Below are positions 44,901-58,340 of a stretch of DNA of 64,000 bases, one piece after another. A model generated the notes under the pieces. The model did not search any database and had not been told where the DNA came from. It worked only from the letters and a program-made list of their open reading frames with translations. This stretch comes from Balanoglossus misakiensis (taxonomy: Eukaryota; Animalia; Hemichordata), in the NCBI GenBank assembly GCA_040954595.2, contig CM082578.2, forward strand, positions 9,967,519 to 10,031,518, read 5' to 3'. A program made the translations under genes and the position numbers. Position 1 is the stretch's first letter. Each line of letters begins with the position of its first letter.

Positions 44901-47900
44901 TTTTCAAAATTTCAACTCAGCTGCTTTCTCCAAGTGCAGTGCATCAGGCGAGAACCCTGACAAGCAGGCTGAATTTATCTGTTCACATGTGTTCTGGTTA
45001 TGCTGCCTTGCAAGCTTTGTGTGGCCAACACCACCTGCTTCATTACCTGTAACTTTTTGCTATATGCTATGTTTTCAGTATTTCTTCTCTATAGAGGCCA
45101 CTTTACAGTCCCTGTGCAATTTACATGTCGGTGCTTTGGCCAGTTTCAGAATGTCCCATGGCTGGCCACTATAGACAGGTTTAACTGTACCAAGTTGGGT
45201 CTGTTTGTTCATTGACTTAGAAATATAAAATCCTTCAGATACATACGGTATGGATTGAAATAATCATAAAAGTTCTGAACATTGATGACATTGGATTTAG
45301 AAATCTCAGGCTTATAACCCCCCCGCAAAAGTCTGTAGGGAGTGTTTTTGTCATTGTGTTTTAATAATTAAACTTCACTGTCTTATATTCTTGTAGATCT
45401 GGCCCAAAGCCGGACCATATGAAGGGGGCACGAAAGTTACTATCAGTGGAAGCAACTTGGGTACGAGGGCGTCTGATGTGAAAAGTGTTACAGTAGCTGG
45501 TCTACCCTGCGACCCTTATGACGATGAATACATTGTAGCACAAAGGTAATTTGATGTTCTGCTGACCAGGTACACCTTAGAAAGTCCTAGTTTCTTCCTG
45601 CTTCCTGGTTTTTCTTTTGTTTCCCAGAAGTTAATCCATGATCAATGAGGCCAATGGTTGCAGCTTCTATTCTTTGAGGCGCTGCTTAATTCAGGCTTCA
45701 GGAGAAGAGTTTTAAAATGAACAAAACCCAAGCACCGACAAATTTTGATCTGTTTTAAGTCAATTGAGTGAACATATCAATAAGTCTATGATAGTATGAG
45801 AAGAAAGGTCTTGCACGTAATAATCTGTGCCTGGCCTCTCATTTTCAGAGTTGTATGCACAACAGAATCCTCACAATCAGAAAAGGACAAGAGTGGACCT
45901 GTAGTAGTGACTATTACAGGCGGCAGAACTGGTACATCCACAGAGTACTTCCATTACAGGGTACGTCAGTAAATAGTGTGCATTAATTTCATATCTTTTG
46001 AGTTTTAAATCTGTTATACAAATGTTGACTGGTTTTTGTGGTTTATGCACATTATTAATTACAAAAAAACATGTTATTTTTTTATATTGTTGTTTTCATT
46101 TGATTTGTAAAGAGGTCCTCCAACAACTATGTTATTTGAAGAAAAAAATATGTATGGGACAAGTTTTGCTTTGACCACAGTTACATGTAGTAGGAGCCAG
46201 TTAATTCAATATTGCTTTACTCACATTGTGTGGTGTTTTATTTATTAGGATCCCGAAGTTACAGATTTTTTCCCGAAAATTGGTCCCATCGCTGGTGGCA
46301 CGAAGGTCACAGTGACAGGGAATTACTTGGATTCTGGCACAGATATCAAGGTCTTCATGGGCAACTCTGAATGTTTTGTTGACAGGTAATGTGCACGCTA
46401 AGTCAATCCTATCACCTGAGAGGTCGTCTGGGTTGTCCTATCTTTTTAGACTGGGCTTCTTGTTTGTTATCAGGTGATCAGGTAATCATGGCAAGCTGTA
46501 GTCAGGAGTACAATAATAGGGTGAAACCTAACATGCTATTGCACCACAGCACAAACAAAACAAAACTGCCGTATCAAACAGTGAGTGGGGAAAGATTTAG
46601 TGATATCAATTTTCTTGTGTGAGAAGTGAAACTGACCTCAAAGCGAATTGAAATCTGCCTCACAGCTGATAACTCTTGATATTCTATACTGCCAGACATA
46701 GTTCTGACTTTGCTATTGTTGAAAGGGTCTTTCAGCTCAACGAGAGATAAGTCTGCAAGATATTTTTGAATTAATCAAGATATTATTGTGTACTGGTCAG
46801 TGGTGGCTGATTCATGTAAATTTTCAGTATAAGCTGAAACTTTCAGTTGCACTTTTAAACTCACATACATGTATTTCATATTGTATCCTCATTGATCAGT
46901 TGGAAAGATTTGTTTTAAGTCTAACAAATGTAATTTTAGCATCTCTCACTTTTAATCACTTTATACAGCTACTCGTGACATTGGCAGTGAAAACACGCAG
47001 GCACTAAAGAACTTCCTTTCCACTCTTGGTTTCAGAAATGAGGTCACCAATGTAACCGTTCCTTGTCAGACTTCCAATCGTACCACGACTGATGTCCTGG
47101 AAGTGACTGTTTCCTTTGATGGCGCTGACCGCCCGGCGCCCCAAGGAAAGGAGTTCACTTATGCAGAAAATCCAGATGTTACGGATCTGTCGCCATTGTC
47201 AAGTACAGTCAGGTGTGAACCCAGTGTCTTTGTCTGTGTGTTTTTGGAAATTTTTTAAAATAAAAATAAAATAAATTGAAGATGAGTTGGTGATATTGGT
47301 ATCTGTTCACCTCATCGTCAAAGACGTGATGTCATGTTCAATACATATCGTTCAACGCCATTTTGACTTCTCTCTTGTCCTTTAGTCTTTTCCTTGACAA
47401 TCCATGTCTTCGTCTTTTTCAGTGGTGGTCGGAAAATTTATGTGAATGGTACACGATTTAACACTGTCCAAGAACCCGAGTTGACATTGACAATTAACAA
47501 TGAAATCTTTAAATCGGTGAGTTTCACAGAAATTTTGTTGGGTGATTGTTTGTTTGTTTAGATTCATTAGTAAACTCAAATGTGACTACATGTAGGTAAA
47601 AGTGAATCAAATTGAGGGTCCTTAAATTGATATGCAAGTTGTGTTTTCAGTCATCCTTTGTGAGACATCAACTTATCTAGCCACTGTAACAAAATTTGTT
47701 TTCTGCCTTGGTGAAGGGTTCATTCATTTTACAAATCATTGGAGGATAAAGCAGTCTTTTTCTGATTTCTTCTCTGTCAGGAGGAACCCTGTGATGTGTT
47801 GTCGGCTCGATTGATGACATGCAAGACTCCAAACGTCTCCCGTTCATTGTCAACAACTCGTCGCACAAGATCAACATGCATTCCCGATGGCTGTGCTGTG

Positions 47901-50900
47901 ATAGTGGGATTTGAAATGGATGGGTACAAGGAAACCATGTCAGATCATGAATTTACCGTCTACGTGGACCCGGAGTATTATATGTTTGAGGAAGACAACT
48001 ATATCAAGGAATACAGTGGATACAGTCTTCAAATCAAGGTAGTCATAGCCATTGTGTGGATACAATTTTTTACAGTGCATCGTACAGTGTAAATTCAAAA
48101 TGAATGATGACATTCAAAATGTATAAATGTACCCTTGATGCTATCTGTTCACTGACCCTTAGACTCTGTTAAGAGTGTTATCACACATCCCAGATCTCGG
48201 AGAAAGCAGGAAACGGGATTCTTCCTGACTAATAGATCATGTCCATTTCAGTGTACTAGGCAGTGGTAGGCGAGTTTCACTTCATGTTGGTGTGCCATAT
48301 CTTATCAGCCTAACACTACTGTACATACGTTTATTAGTTCAATTTTTTTTATCCAGCCCGTTTTTGCTGCCGCGGTCAGATTAGATGAATATCTTTATTT
48401 CTTTCAAAATGTGTCAGCAACAGTTGAGTTATTCTGCAATGCTGTGATTGTATAGAAATAATTATGGCCTGTGGTCTGTTCTGAATGAAGCAAAACCTGT
48501 CCCAACCACACACCAATGGACCCAAGAATATGTTCCATTAACAGGGGTGTCCAGTTTATAGAGGTTCCCTTAACATGCAGTTCTGTATGAGCTGGAATTG
48601 AAAGAGTGTTCAGTATAGACATGTATCCAGATTAGATAGGGTTCAGTTTAGACAAATTTTACTGCAGTTGTTATTAATAACTCATCACAATCATGGCATT
48701 TATCTTTCGTCACAATCTCATAAGATTCTGCAGTCATTTGGCATTTTCATTACTCCTTGATGTCACTTTGGTACAGGTACATTGCACCATTTTTTGCTGC
48801 CAGCATACACATACTTTCAAAATTTACTTGTGCACTTTCAGGGAAGCAATCTGGACCTTGCAGCTACTTCCAGTGAAGTCATGGTATACATCGGTGTCGA
48901 TAACTGTACTGTCAACAGCCTGTCAGATGTCTTGCTCGACTGCACTCCACCGAGTACCCAGCCAGCACCGGTCGACAGCAATGGGGTGCAGACAGAAATA
49001 GGTTTTCCTGAAGTGAGGGTGAGTTCATTGCCAGCTTGCATTGCTGCAGTGTTCTTTTCTGAATGAAATTAGGATAGTTGTATTGCAGAATGTTGCATGC
49101 ATGGTTGAATGTTGTAGCTCTTTGCCAGATCAGACGTCTACAGTGTGACATAGAGAGATGTAAATATGAAAGTCTTACCAGGTAACTCATTTCACACAGA
49201 ATCAGTTTATTTGATGAAATAAGCAGGTGAAAAATTATTCACACTCGATTTGAGCCTGGATAACTTCTCATGTTCATATCTTGCCAGGTCGAAGTCGGAA
49301 ACCTTGACTTCTTCATCGGGTACTTGCACTATCCCAAACCACCGAAAGCAGCGCCCATTGCGGCCATCGCTGGCGCCTGTCTCGCTGTTCTGTTGGTCGC
49401 CGTCGTCATCATTGTCGTTGTGTGCATCAAGAGGAACAAGAAAATTTCCTCGCAGCTGGACCACATGGTCCTCATGCTGGACGATCTGGAAGTGTCGGTT
49501 CAAAACCAGGCAAAGTCCGGTGAGATTTACATATTTTTTTATTGTGAATGATTCAGTCTCTGGGTCAGGTGACACACTTGAGTGCCCGCACCCACATGAC
49601 ATAATCTTTCCATCAAAATATCTTATTTCTCGCGAGATGCAAGAAATCAACACATGTACAACTCTGAAAATTCAAATGACATGTAAGATTACAATGTCTC
49701 CTATATTTTTATACATCAACAATCATAGATCTACACCTTGCTCATTTGATAAACTACTCTGTTTGACTGCAGCCTTCCATGAGTTGCAGACCGAAATATC
49801 CGATCTGAACAGCGACCTGCAAGGCAGTGCTGGCATGCCTGTCCTGGACTTCAGCGACTACGCCATGAACATGATGTTTGCTGGTCAAACTGATCATCCT
49901 GTGTTCACAAAAAGTGTGAGTTTGAAAGTTTGATTTTAGAGAAACTGTGTGAAAATGTATGATTGCTTACAGGTTAAAGTCTTCTTACTAACCAAGCTGG
50001 ACAGAAAAACAAACACCAAAGAGCAGCCTTATTCCAAATTCTAAATCAAAAGCTGATTCGAAAGAAAAAGCAGGAAAGAGGTTAAAATGTGCACATTTTA
50101 TATCAATATTTTCATATTTCTTCTCTCCAAAAAAAATAGGTCTCTAAGAGTACCACCATTTCTGGACTTAGAGAATTTTATCGTTTACTGAATAAGAAGG
50201 ACTTCCTCCTCGTGTTCATCCAAACCTTGGAGTCTCAGAAAGGGGTTTCCATTAGAGACAGGTGAGAAAGAATTTCATGTGGATGTAGTGTTGTTCTAAT
50301 TTGTGACTGAGAGGGCGCTGTGGTATATTAACCACACCCTTATTCAGTCAACGTTGATGAAGCCTAACATGTCAATAGCCAGCCACTTTGTCAACCATTG
50401 ACACCATTTTTGTTTGTGTCTGTTTTCCACCAGAGTCAACATTGGTTCTCTTCTGACAGTGGCACTTCATAGTGAGAAGAAAATGGGTTACTTGACAGAG
50501 TGAGTAATGATACATCTGTATTTCACATGGAAGAATTAAACCATACAAAAGTGGGTGTCACAGATTCTTAAATAAAAGTCTGTCTTCATTTATGTTAGCT
50601 CACCATTTTCTATGCTTTTTATCAGATCTTGTACTGTTGTAGTACATGTATATGTACCTATTCTGAAGTTCTCCTACTTCCGAACTTACTAACACGATCT
50701 TCATGTAACAATTCAGCCCATGATTACGTGTGCTCACGTCTTGCAAGTAAAAGTGAAAGTGCATTGTAATGTTACAGAGAACAAAAATACTGAAAAAATA
50801 GTCAGAAGTTATAGATAGTGGAGCTTTAAGCCTTTACTTACGAAAATCTGTGATTGCTATCTTTGTGATCTCGCTGCTCTAACTATATAAGGATCTCTCT

Positions 50901-51362
50901 CTGTGACTGGCAATTAACTTACTGATATTGCCATTTGACACTTTGGTGTGTGCAGTGGTAAGTTGTGAACAGAACAAGTGTGTCTGTAGATGTACTGTGA
51001 AATGTTATATAAGTTTATAATCAGGGATCCACGGGAGAATAGAGAATGAAACATGATCAGTCACAGCGGAAATGTGTCCATCTGTTTGCATGTGCATCTT
51101 GTCACCCGCATGCATTATATGTGAGAGCAAGGATGAGTGTAGTTGAGACTAGCATCCTGATGTTGCATGCTTTGATTCAGTGTCCAGTAATATTACGTAT
51201 GGTTGTAAATGTCACATTGCTCATGCTGTCTTCATAATTGGAATACCCAGTACTTCATCAAACTTTACCTAGATGCATGTACAAGTACATACATACATAC
51301 ATACATACATACATACATACATACATACATACATACATACATACATACATACATACATACAT

Positions 51363-51415
<53 letters not shown>

Positions 51416-54400
51416 TGCACACACACACACACACGCATGCACATACTAAGTACATTACACAGTACAAAAGTCTGATATCTTCTTTCATCATTTTCCAGTG
51501 TTCTGAAAACATTATTACATGATGCTGCAGAAAGAGCAGTGGATAGTGGCAAGGAGAAGCAGATTCTAAGAAGGTAAAGATGGTAGTAAAATCAAATGTT
51601 TGCATTTTGGTTCTCTAAAGTACAAAGGAAATAATTGCCCACACCCCGCATATTCCTGATGTGAATTTTGGATCTAAGGAATCTCCTCTCACAGTTGTGG
51701 TTGTCACAGTTTCTCAAACTTTTCTCCCAAATACAGGACTGAGACAGTTATGGAGAAAATACTCACAAACTGGTTTGTGTTGAATTTGTATGGTTTTGTA
51801 AAGGTAAGCTAGTCTCTCCTTCCACACAGGACATTAATAATTTACGTCTGTTATCCTTAAGTTGACCGTCTGGCTAGATAATTGATATTCATTTAATTTA
51901 CAAAAAACTGATACAGTCGGTGCAAGTTTCTGGCAGACACAAAAAACATTACTTCCCATTCTCAGTTCATGTATAGACTAGTACATTAAAACTTATAAAT
52001 AGTCATGAAAAAGACAATGATGATGGTCGGCTGGTATTCATGCAGGTATTTTGGTATTTTTTTTTCATTTCAGGACACTGTAGGATCACCAATCTTTAGC
52101 TTACACCAAGCCCTGAAGTGCCAAATTGAGAAGGGACCTGTCGATTTTGTCACTGGCTTCGCCAAATTTTCACTCACGGATGATCTGCTGTTGACTGAAA
52201 ACGTCGGAGAAGAAAGAATGGTGCGTCTGCAGAAATCATTGACAGAAACATGCCAGTTTCATTTAAAAATTAAAATTTGTTACCATACTTTTGACATATC
52301 CTTCTCCCGAATGGCACAAAAACAATAATGTGTTGGTTCCCGTCTTTTACTCATTGACTACCTAGGTATTTGAGGAAAACACCTGACTTCACCTTAGTTT
52401 TATGAGCAATTTCAGTGCCATGCAGTGAGAAAATGAGTACATGATACATAGATGCCCACCCTGAAGAAAATTACATTCTCATTTTTTTGTTCGTTAACTG
52501 ATTATTTTTCACACCCTCCGTCTGTTTGACAGACTGTTAATATAGTCACTACATGGGACGGGAAATGCGATGTCCAAGCCAGAGTACTGAATATTGACAC
52601 CATCTCCCAAGTCAAGGAAAAGCTCGTTGATGCACTGTACAGGAACACCAGGAATTCCAGGAAACCCCTGATCCGTGAGTTGGATCTAGGTGAGTCTCTC
52701 TGAGCTGAGCGAGTTAGATGTAGCCATAGACAGACCTCTCTGCTGTGTGTATAAATCAGGGCAGAGTTAAAAGAGGATGTACCTTGTCATTTTCATGAAG
52801 TTTCCAAATATCAAAGATTGCTCTCATATCGCCCCAATTCTTGTCATTGCCAGAGTGGAGAGCAGGTCGAGAGGGCCAAGGTCACCTGACCTTGCAAGAT
52901 CAAGACGTGTCTTCGGTCATCGACAACAACTGGAAGAGAATCAACACTCTTCAGCATTACGGGGTATGTCATGATGAGTTCTATATTCTTTCCCCAAAGA
53001 CAGACTCTTTGGACCAACTGCGCGGTACCTTTTGCCAATTATGTTTAATTTTAACTCAGCAATGCACAGAAGGCCACCAGCAGATTATTTATTAAATTGC
53101 TCATTTTCTTTAATTATTCATTTAGATTTTCATTTATACCCACTCACTTCAAATGAGGTGAATTATTAATAACACTAATTAAGATGATTGGTATTAATTC
53201 ACGGAGGGTGACATTTGGTACTTTCTGGATTTATGAGTGAACAGAATGAACATGTTTCTGTTCATAACATTTTCGTCTCTTTATAGGTCCCCGATGGCTC
53301 CAATCTTGCATTGGTGTACAAGGACAAGACAGCCAATGTGAATTCCAAAATTCGAAGTCCAATCACTGTAGCCAATGAATATGGTAAGTAAATCATGTAG
53401 GTTCTACATTTTGATTTGCCAAACATGACAGAAGGTCGAAGGTTACATGGAGTTTCATGTTAGAACACCTGAACATATGGAACAATGCTGATGGTGTGTT
53501 TACACAAACATTTACATAATAATGGCTACTTCATAATTTCACAGGCAATATTCCACAGGCAGAAGGAAGCCAATCACCGACACAAGAAGTTGACCCAGGC
53601 AAGACGCATGCATTGTACCTGGTCAAACTAACCACATTGTTGCCTGATGTGTTGTTGACCTAAAAGTATGCATGGTCGTGCATGTACTGGACAGACAGAT
53701 TTAATTCTTGCAGCGAGGCTCAATGACACAAATGCACTTTGTACACTTGTAGATACCAATTAGACACTCAGAAAGCAGAAACACACATGCATCCAACTTG
53801 TGTCCAGGGCAACAGCACATGCTCAGCCTGGCAAGTTCAATAACACCCACAACCATACGGCTGTTGCTTAAAGTCCAGTTGAAGCATGAAGAATCTATGA
53901 TGAGAAAAAAACGATGACTCTTAGATGGATTAAAGTAACATTTTGCTGTCAGCACCTTGTGGGCATGATTGAGATAGCTGTATTACGGTACTGGAGTACA
54001 ATTTTAGAAGCTTCAATGAGATAAATGTCTACTACAGTTTGAAAAGGCTAAAATTAGTTACAAGAACACTGTCAGACTGGAAACCATGTGCGTGTACATG
54101 CCACATGTACATGTATCTTAATGTTGACCACAGGGCACAAATAGTAAAATGTCACTTGATCACCATAAACGGTTAAAAATAAATTTGTTTTGTATTATAC
54201 CAACTGGGATTAATCAATAGCTTGAGTGCTGAAGGCCCAAGAATTGCAAGAGCTTGACTGTAGCGCAATTCAGTACTGCCTACAATTTCTGACATCGCAA
54301 TCATATGTTACATTGCACCATAATATTATGTACAATTGCGATCTTAAATTACAATGCACCTTAATTTTATGTACATAATGTGTAGAACCATGTCGAGTCT

Positions 54401-56951
54401 ACAGATAGATCTTTGTGGACAGTGGTGTACTGTGTTTTTGATGAAAATTATTGTTCTGTTGTGTCCAGGGGTCATTGTGAAGAGCTTTCTCTGTTGTATA
54501 ACATGTACATTTGTATTAAAATAATTATGCTTTGGCTGTTTTGCTGAACAAAGATGCAATTCATGGTGCGCTAATTATGGGGTATGCTTTTTTCTTGGCC
54601 TTGCAGATTTTGTTCATTTCCATGATCCGGACATGGCCCCAGACGTCGTCAACTCTTGCAGTTCCAAGGCCCTCATCCTGGAGAGTGACGGAGAAGACGA
54701 TGAGGAGAGCGAGTCCACAATGAAAGTCTGGCATCTGGTGAGTTTTGCCCGTTTGTTTTGGGGAAAATTTTCATGAATGGGATATGCTCAAGTGTGTGTT
54801 ATTTTGAAAAAAAAATAATGTACACAAAAATTGTCCCTTCTGTCAACTTTATGATGCAGCCGTGGTTATCAACAGGGCCTCTAGGTGTTGACCTACCATG
54901 GCCAGTCATGGTCGACCATGTTATGTGACTGTGCACAGTCAAACATTGTAAAGCAGTAAACCGTGTTTGAATGCGTTTGACCATATTCTAGATGTTGTAC
55001 CATGCTGAGCCAAGTGTTTATAAGCTTCAGTCCAACCTTTATTTGCATAGTTTTACACAATCCGGCCAAACTATTCAGAGTTTAACATTCTTCCTCAGAA
55101 TAATTTTTCATCATTTGTCAGATGTTTAGAAATATTCCATTTAATGGTATCATTGTATTTGCCACCAGATGAAGTCCAGGCACTACCACGCTTCCGCCTA
55201 CTCAAAGTCAAACAACCAACACAACGACATGACATCAAAAACCAAGAAGAAACCAAAGAAGACTCATCGGGAAAAGAAAATCATCACCGAGCTTTTCTTG
55301 CCTCAACTGATTGCCACCAAGGTAATCACATCAAAGTATTCAATTTGCAAAACATGCTGAGAAGAATGAACAATGCATGTAATTAATTCTGTGGTTTTTC
55401 CTCGATTCTATGGATAAACAGCAAACCATCCAGACTTACGTGGACGACGCATTCAAAACCCTCCTGACCATGGAGAAGCAGCAATTCCCAGGGGTGTTCC
55501 CACCTTCGGTGAAGTACATGTTTGACTTTCTGGACGGACTGGCCGCAAAATTTGACGTAGATGATGATGATATAACTCACATATGGAAAAGCAATAGGTA
55601 AGAGCAGGCGCGCGCCGTATCTCATGCTTTTTGAACTGTGGCCAGAGGCCGACATACGCGATAAAAAAAATTCAGCTCAGTAGATTTACAACACTATTAA
55701 TGATTGCCACATCAACTACATAACGAAACAGCAACTAGAATCAGATGATGTTATTTGTGTGTTTATCTCTTTTCAGTCTTCTGCTGAGAATGTGGGTAAA
55801 CATTTTGAAGTGTCCGCATTTTGTGTACGATGTCAATGTCAGCCAGACAGTGGCTGCAAGTTTGGAAGTCATAACTCAAGCTTTCGTCGATTCCTGCTCC
55901 AAGCGAGAAAGAAAAATTGGAAAGGTTTGCAACCCGTTTTTAATTAATAGTCAGAAGAGAAGATAGATATTTCCAAGTCAAAATTTTACATTTCCCAATA
56001 TCATGTATTCATGTTTGTCAAAGGGCTATCTTTACTAACAAAAATAGTTAAAAACTACTGCTAAAAAATCAATCATATACTCAACATCTATTTACAGGAC
56101 ACACCACCAACTAAAATGCTCTACACGAGAGATGTGCAAACCTACAAATCACTGGTGGATGTTTACTATGACGAGATCAAACGTCTCCCTAACATCGGCG
56201 AGAAAGAATTTGGCATCTTTCTGGAGGAGAATTACATCGTAAGTCCTGCTTTCTAATCTGAAAGACTCAAGTATTGTAGAAACACTTGCTTTGCTGGAAC
56301 ATCTAAACCAACCAAACAAGGTTGATGAGAAAACCATTATGTAAACAATTAGTGACTTTGATACCAATTTAAAGAACACACACTTTGTTCGAGTACACAG
56401 AAATGTTTTGGAATTTAACCTTGTCTAATTTTCCCAACAGGAACTGGGTGGAAAATTTGACAAAATGAGTGCAATAAGTGAACTCTACAAGTACGCCGTT
56501 AACTATGGTGGTGATGTAAGTATAGTGCCATTGATTGTTTCTAATACTGTATTATAAACCTCCTTGCAGAAGGCATGGTGTAAGCTTTTTGGCAGCCAAC
56601 TGGTAGTCAAAGCAGCATTCTTACGTTTTTGTTAATCTTATGCAACCTGACCTCCTTGCGACCTATGATGTGTCATTCACAAGTTTTCACCCAAGTTGAG
56701 ATAAAAAGGTTAACATACACTAGGGAATACAACAAGAAGTATACTTGACACACAGAACACAAATACGGAAAACACAATGATAAGTTACATCTATCCAAGT
56801 ATCCAATTTCATTCTGGTCTTTTTTTAACAGCTCCTGGATGCACTTGAGGAATCTGAGGTTTGCAAGAAGCAGAACTTGGCGTTCCAGTTGGAGCAAGTT
56901 GCTGCCCGAATGGCAGAAAATGACTATGCAGAAGCCCAACGTTTGAATTGA
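35980..56951 (+). CDS. Plexin (signal peptide, Sema, 3 PSI, IPT/TIG domains, TM, split RasGAP with RBD), about 1910 aa, 36 coding exons plus one possible cassette exon
   Basis: Exons: 35980-36996, 37686-37865, 38163-38291, 38747-38847, 39199-39334, 39550-39709, 39879-39975, 41330-41459, 42285-42416, 42986-43090, 43631-43724, 44703-44893, 45397-45545, 45849-45960, 46249-46385, 47036-47212, 47423-47516, 47781-48038, 48842-49018, 49288-49519, 49773-49915, 50140-50261, 50434-50499, 51499-51573, 51737-51803, 52074-52220, 52533-52689, 52854-52963, 53287-53383, 54607-54737, 55169-55321, 55422-55597, 55777-55924, 56098-56238, 56441-56515, 56832-56951 (TGA). Motifs: [21 protein letters not shown] (Sema), DPYCGWC (PSI), [13 protein letters not shown] (IPT), [71 protein letters not shown]. 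Confidence 0.93.
37145..37340 (+). repeat. Possible interspersed repeat fragment with internal (GTCT)n tract
   Basis: gtgtctgtgtttgtctgtctgtccat followed by ...aacttgaaaactacatggccaaat..., an architecture reminiscent of microsatellite-containing non-autonomous elements of invertebrates. Single copy in the window. Confidence 0.3.
38493..38684. mobile_element. Non-autonomous DNA transposon (MITE) copy 1, TTAA target duplication, AG termini (Kolobok-like)
   Basis: TTAA|AGGTATACGGTCACCT ... AGGTGACTGTTACTGTATACCT|TTAA. Nearly identical internal sequence at 43770-43962. TTAA TSD with purine-purine ends fits Kolobok better than piggyBac, whose ends start CC. Confidence 0.85.
43770..43962. mobile_element. 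MITE copy 2, same family as 38493-38684
   Basis: TTAA|AGGTATACGGTCACCT ... AGGTGACTGTATACCT|TTAA; 16-bp TIR with one mismatch; same orientation as copy 1. Confidence 0.88.
51287..51440 (+). repeat. (TACA)n followed by (CA)n microsatellite, intronic
   Basis: Directly visible tandem TACA units then CA units, just upstream of the plexin acceptor at 51498. Confidence 0.96.
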
Positions 56952-58133
56952 TAGCCCATTGTCGAAACAGCATGGATGCTGTCGAATATTCATCAGAACT
57001 GTACGATTTGCTTGATGTCTGAGTACTTGATAATACATTTTTTGGTTCCCAGTCTGCAAGTGGATTACTAGCAATACTGTATCGTGACAGACTTGCATGC
57101 ATGTTTACAAAGGATTTTAATAGATGGTTTTAATATTGTGCCGGTCAAATTGTCCAATGAACACTAAACACCAGGCCTTATTTTGATGTCAGTATCTAAA
57201 CAACAGTTATGCAAGTACTCAGTGTTTGATTTTACCAATGTTTTAATTAACCTAGCGATATAAAACTCCAGTTGATATACTCATTAATAAAATATATGCA
57301 ATTGTAAATACTTATACATTTGTATCACATCATGCATGGATTGCAGGGCGGATAACATTTGTTTTCAGCGACAGCCGATTTTGTAAACTGCAAAGGTCAG
57401 TTAAGTTCAGCAGTTAAAAGTAAAATATTCAATAAATGACACATTTATTGAAGGTACTACTGCCACATCCAAACAATGGAAATACATCGGGTCATTGTGA
57501 TTTTATAAGTAGCCAGCAAGCTCGCAAACAGAACCTGTTTCTTAAACGTTCACCATCTATGTTTACTGAACAGTAATGAAACAGTGCGTTTGTTTGTGTA
57601 ATTCTGTCATGTGAAGCAGGCTTCCCATAGAATTACACAACATCTCGTGAATTATGTATTCTAATTACAAACAATAGGCTAAAACGTTAATATATAGCTA
57701 GTATAGGTGAACATACTCAATTATTCAGACATAGAAAGACCCTTTTTGAGCTGTCAAATTTTATATTCCAGCCAAGTCTAAACGTAACAGTATCATTATA
57801 GTAAGAATGTTATTATGTGAAGTATCCCTCCATTCGCACCTTATGGTCTAGCAGGATAAATGCTAGGAATTTATTTTACTTTTCACAATTTACATCCAGT
57901 TTTGTGTATTTATTCAATACAAAGTGTGCTCATAAATGTATTTACACTAGTCAGGATTCGTTGTTCGAAATTTCTCAGATAATTTTTTTTCTGCCAATTC
58001 ATGTCCATAAATTTGAATAATTCATGCATTTTATAATATATATGAAAGCCGGAAAAGGGCCATGGCAAATAATGAACTTATGCTTTTCTTGGTTGATTGA
58101 GTAAAATGTTATGAAGTTCAATCAGTACCTGTA

Positions 58134-58340
58134 CTGTAAAACACTTTATTTTGGCGAGCAATAAAATTTCACCAAATACGCGAGAGCCAAAATAGCGTGA
58201 AAATAAAAAGTCGCGTAATTTTTTTTGAAGGTAACGATGCAGTGAATGAAATAAGAGAACATGAAAATTAATACTCGCGAAACAGTGGCCTCTCTCGATA
58301 TCGCGAAAATTTCAACTCCCGAAAATAAAGTGTTTTACAG
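58134..58340. mobile_element. MITE with TA target duplication (Tc1/mariner-type non-autonomous element)
   Basis: TA|CTGTAAAACACTTTATTTTGGCGAG ... CTCCCGAAAATAAAGTGTTTTACAG|TA; 19-bp perfect TIR extending imperfectly to about 25 bp. Confidence 0.85.

Noticed and set aside
51209-51605. ORFs with YIHT or MYVC repeats
   Set aside because: Translations of the (TACA)n/(CA)n microsatellite.
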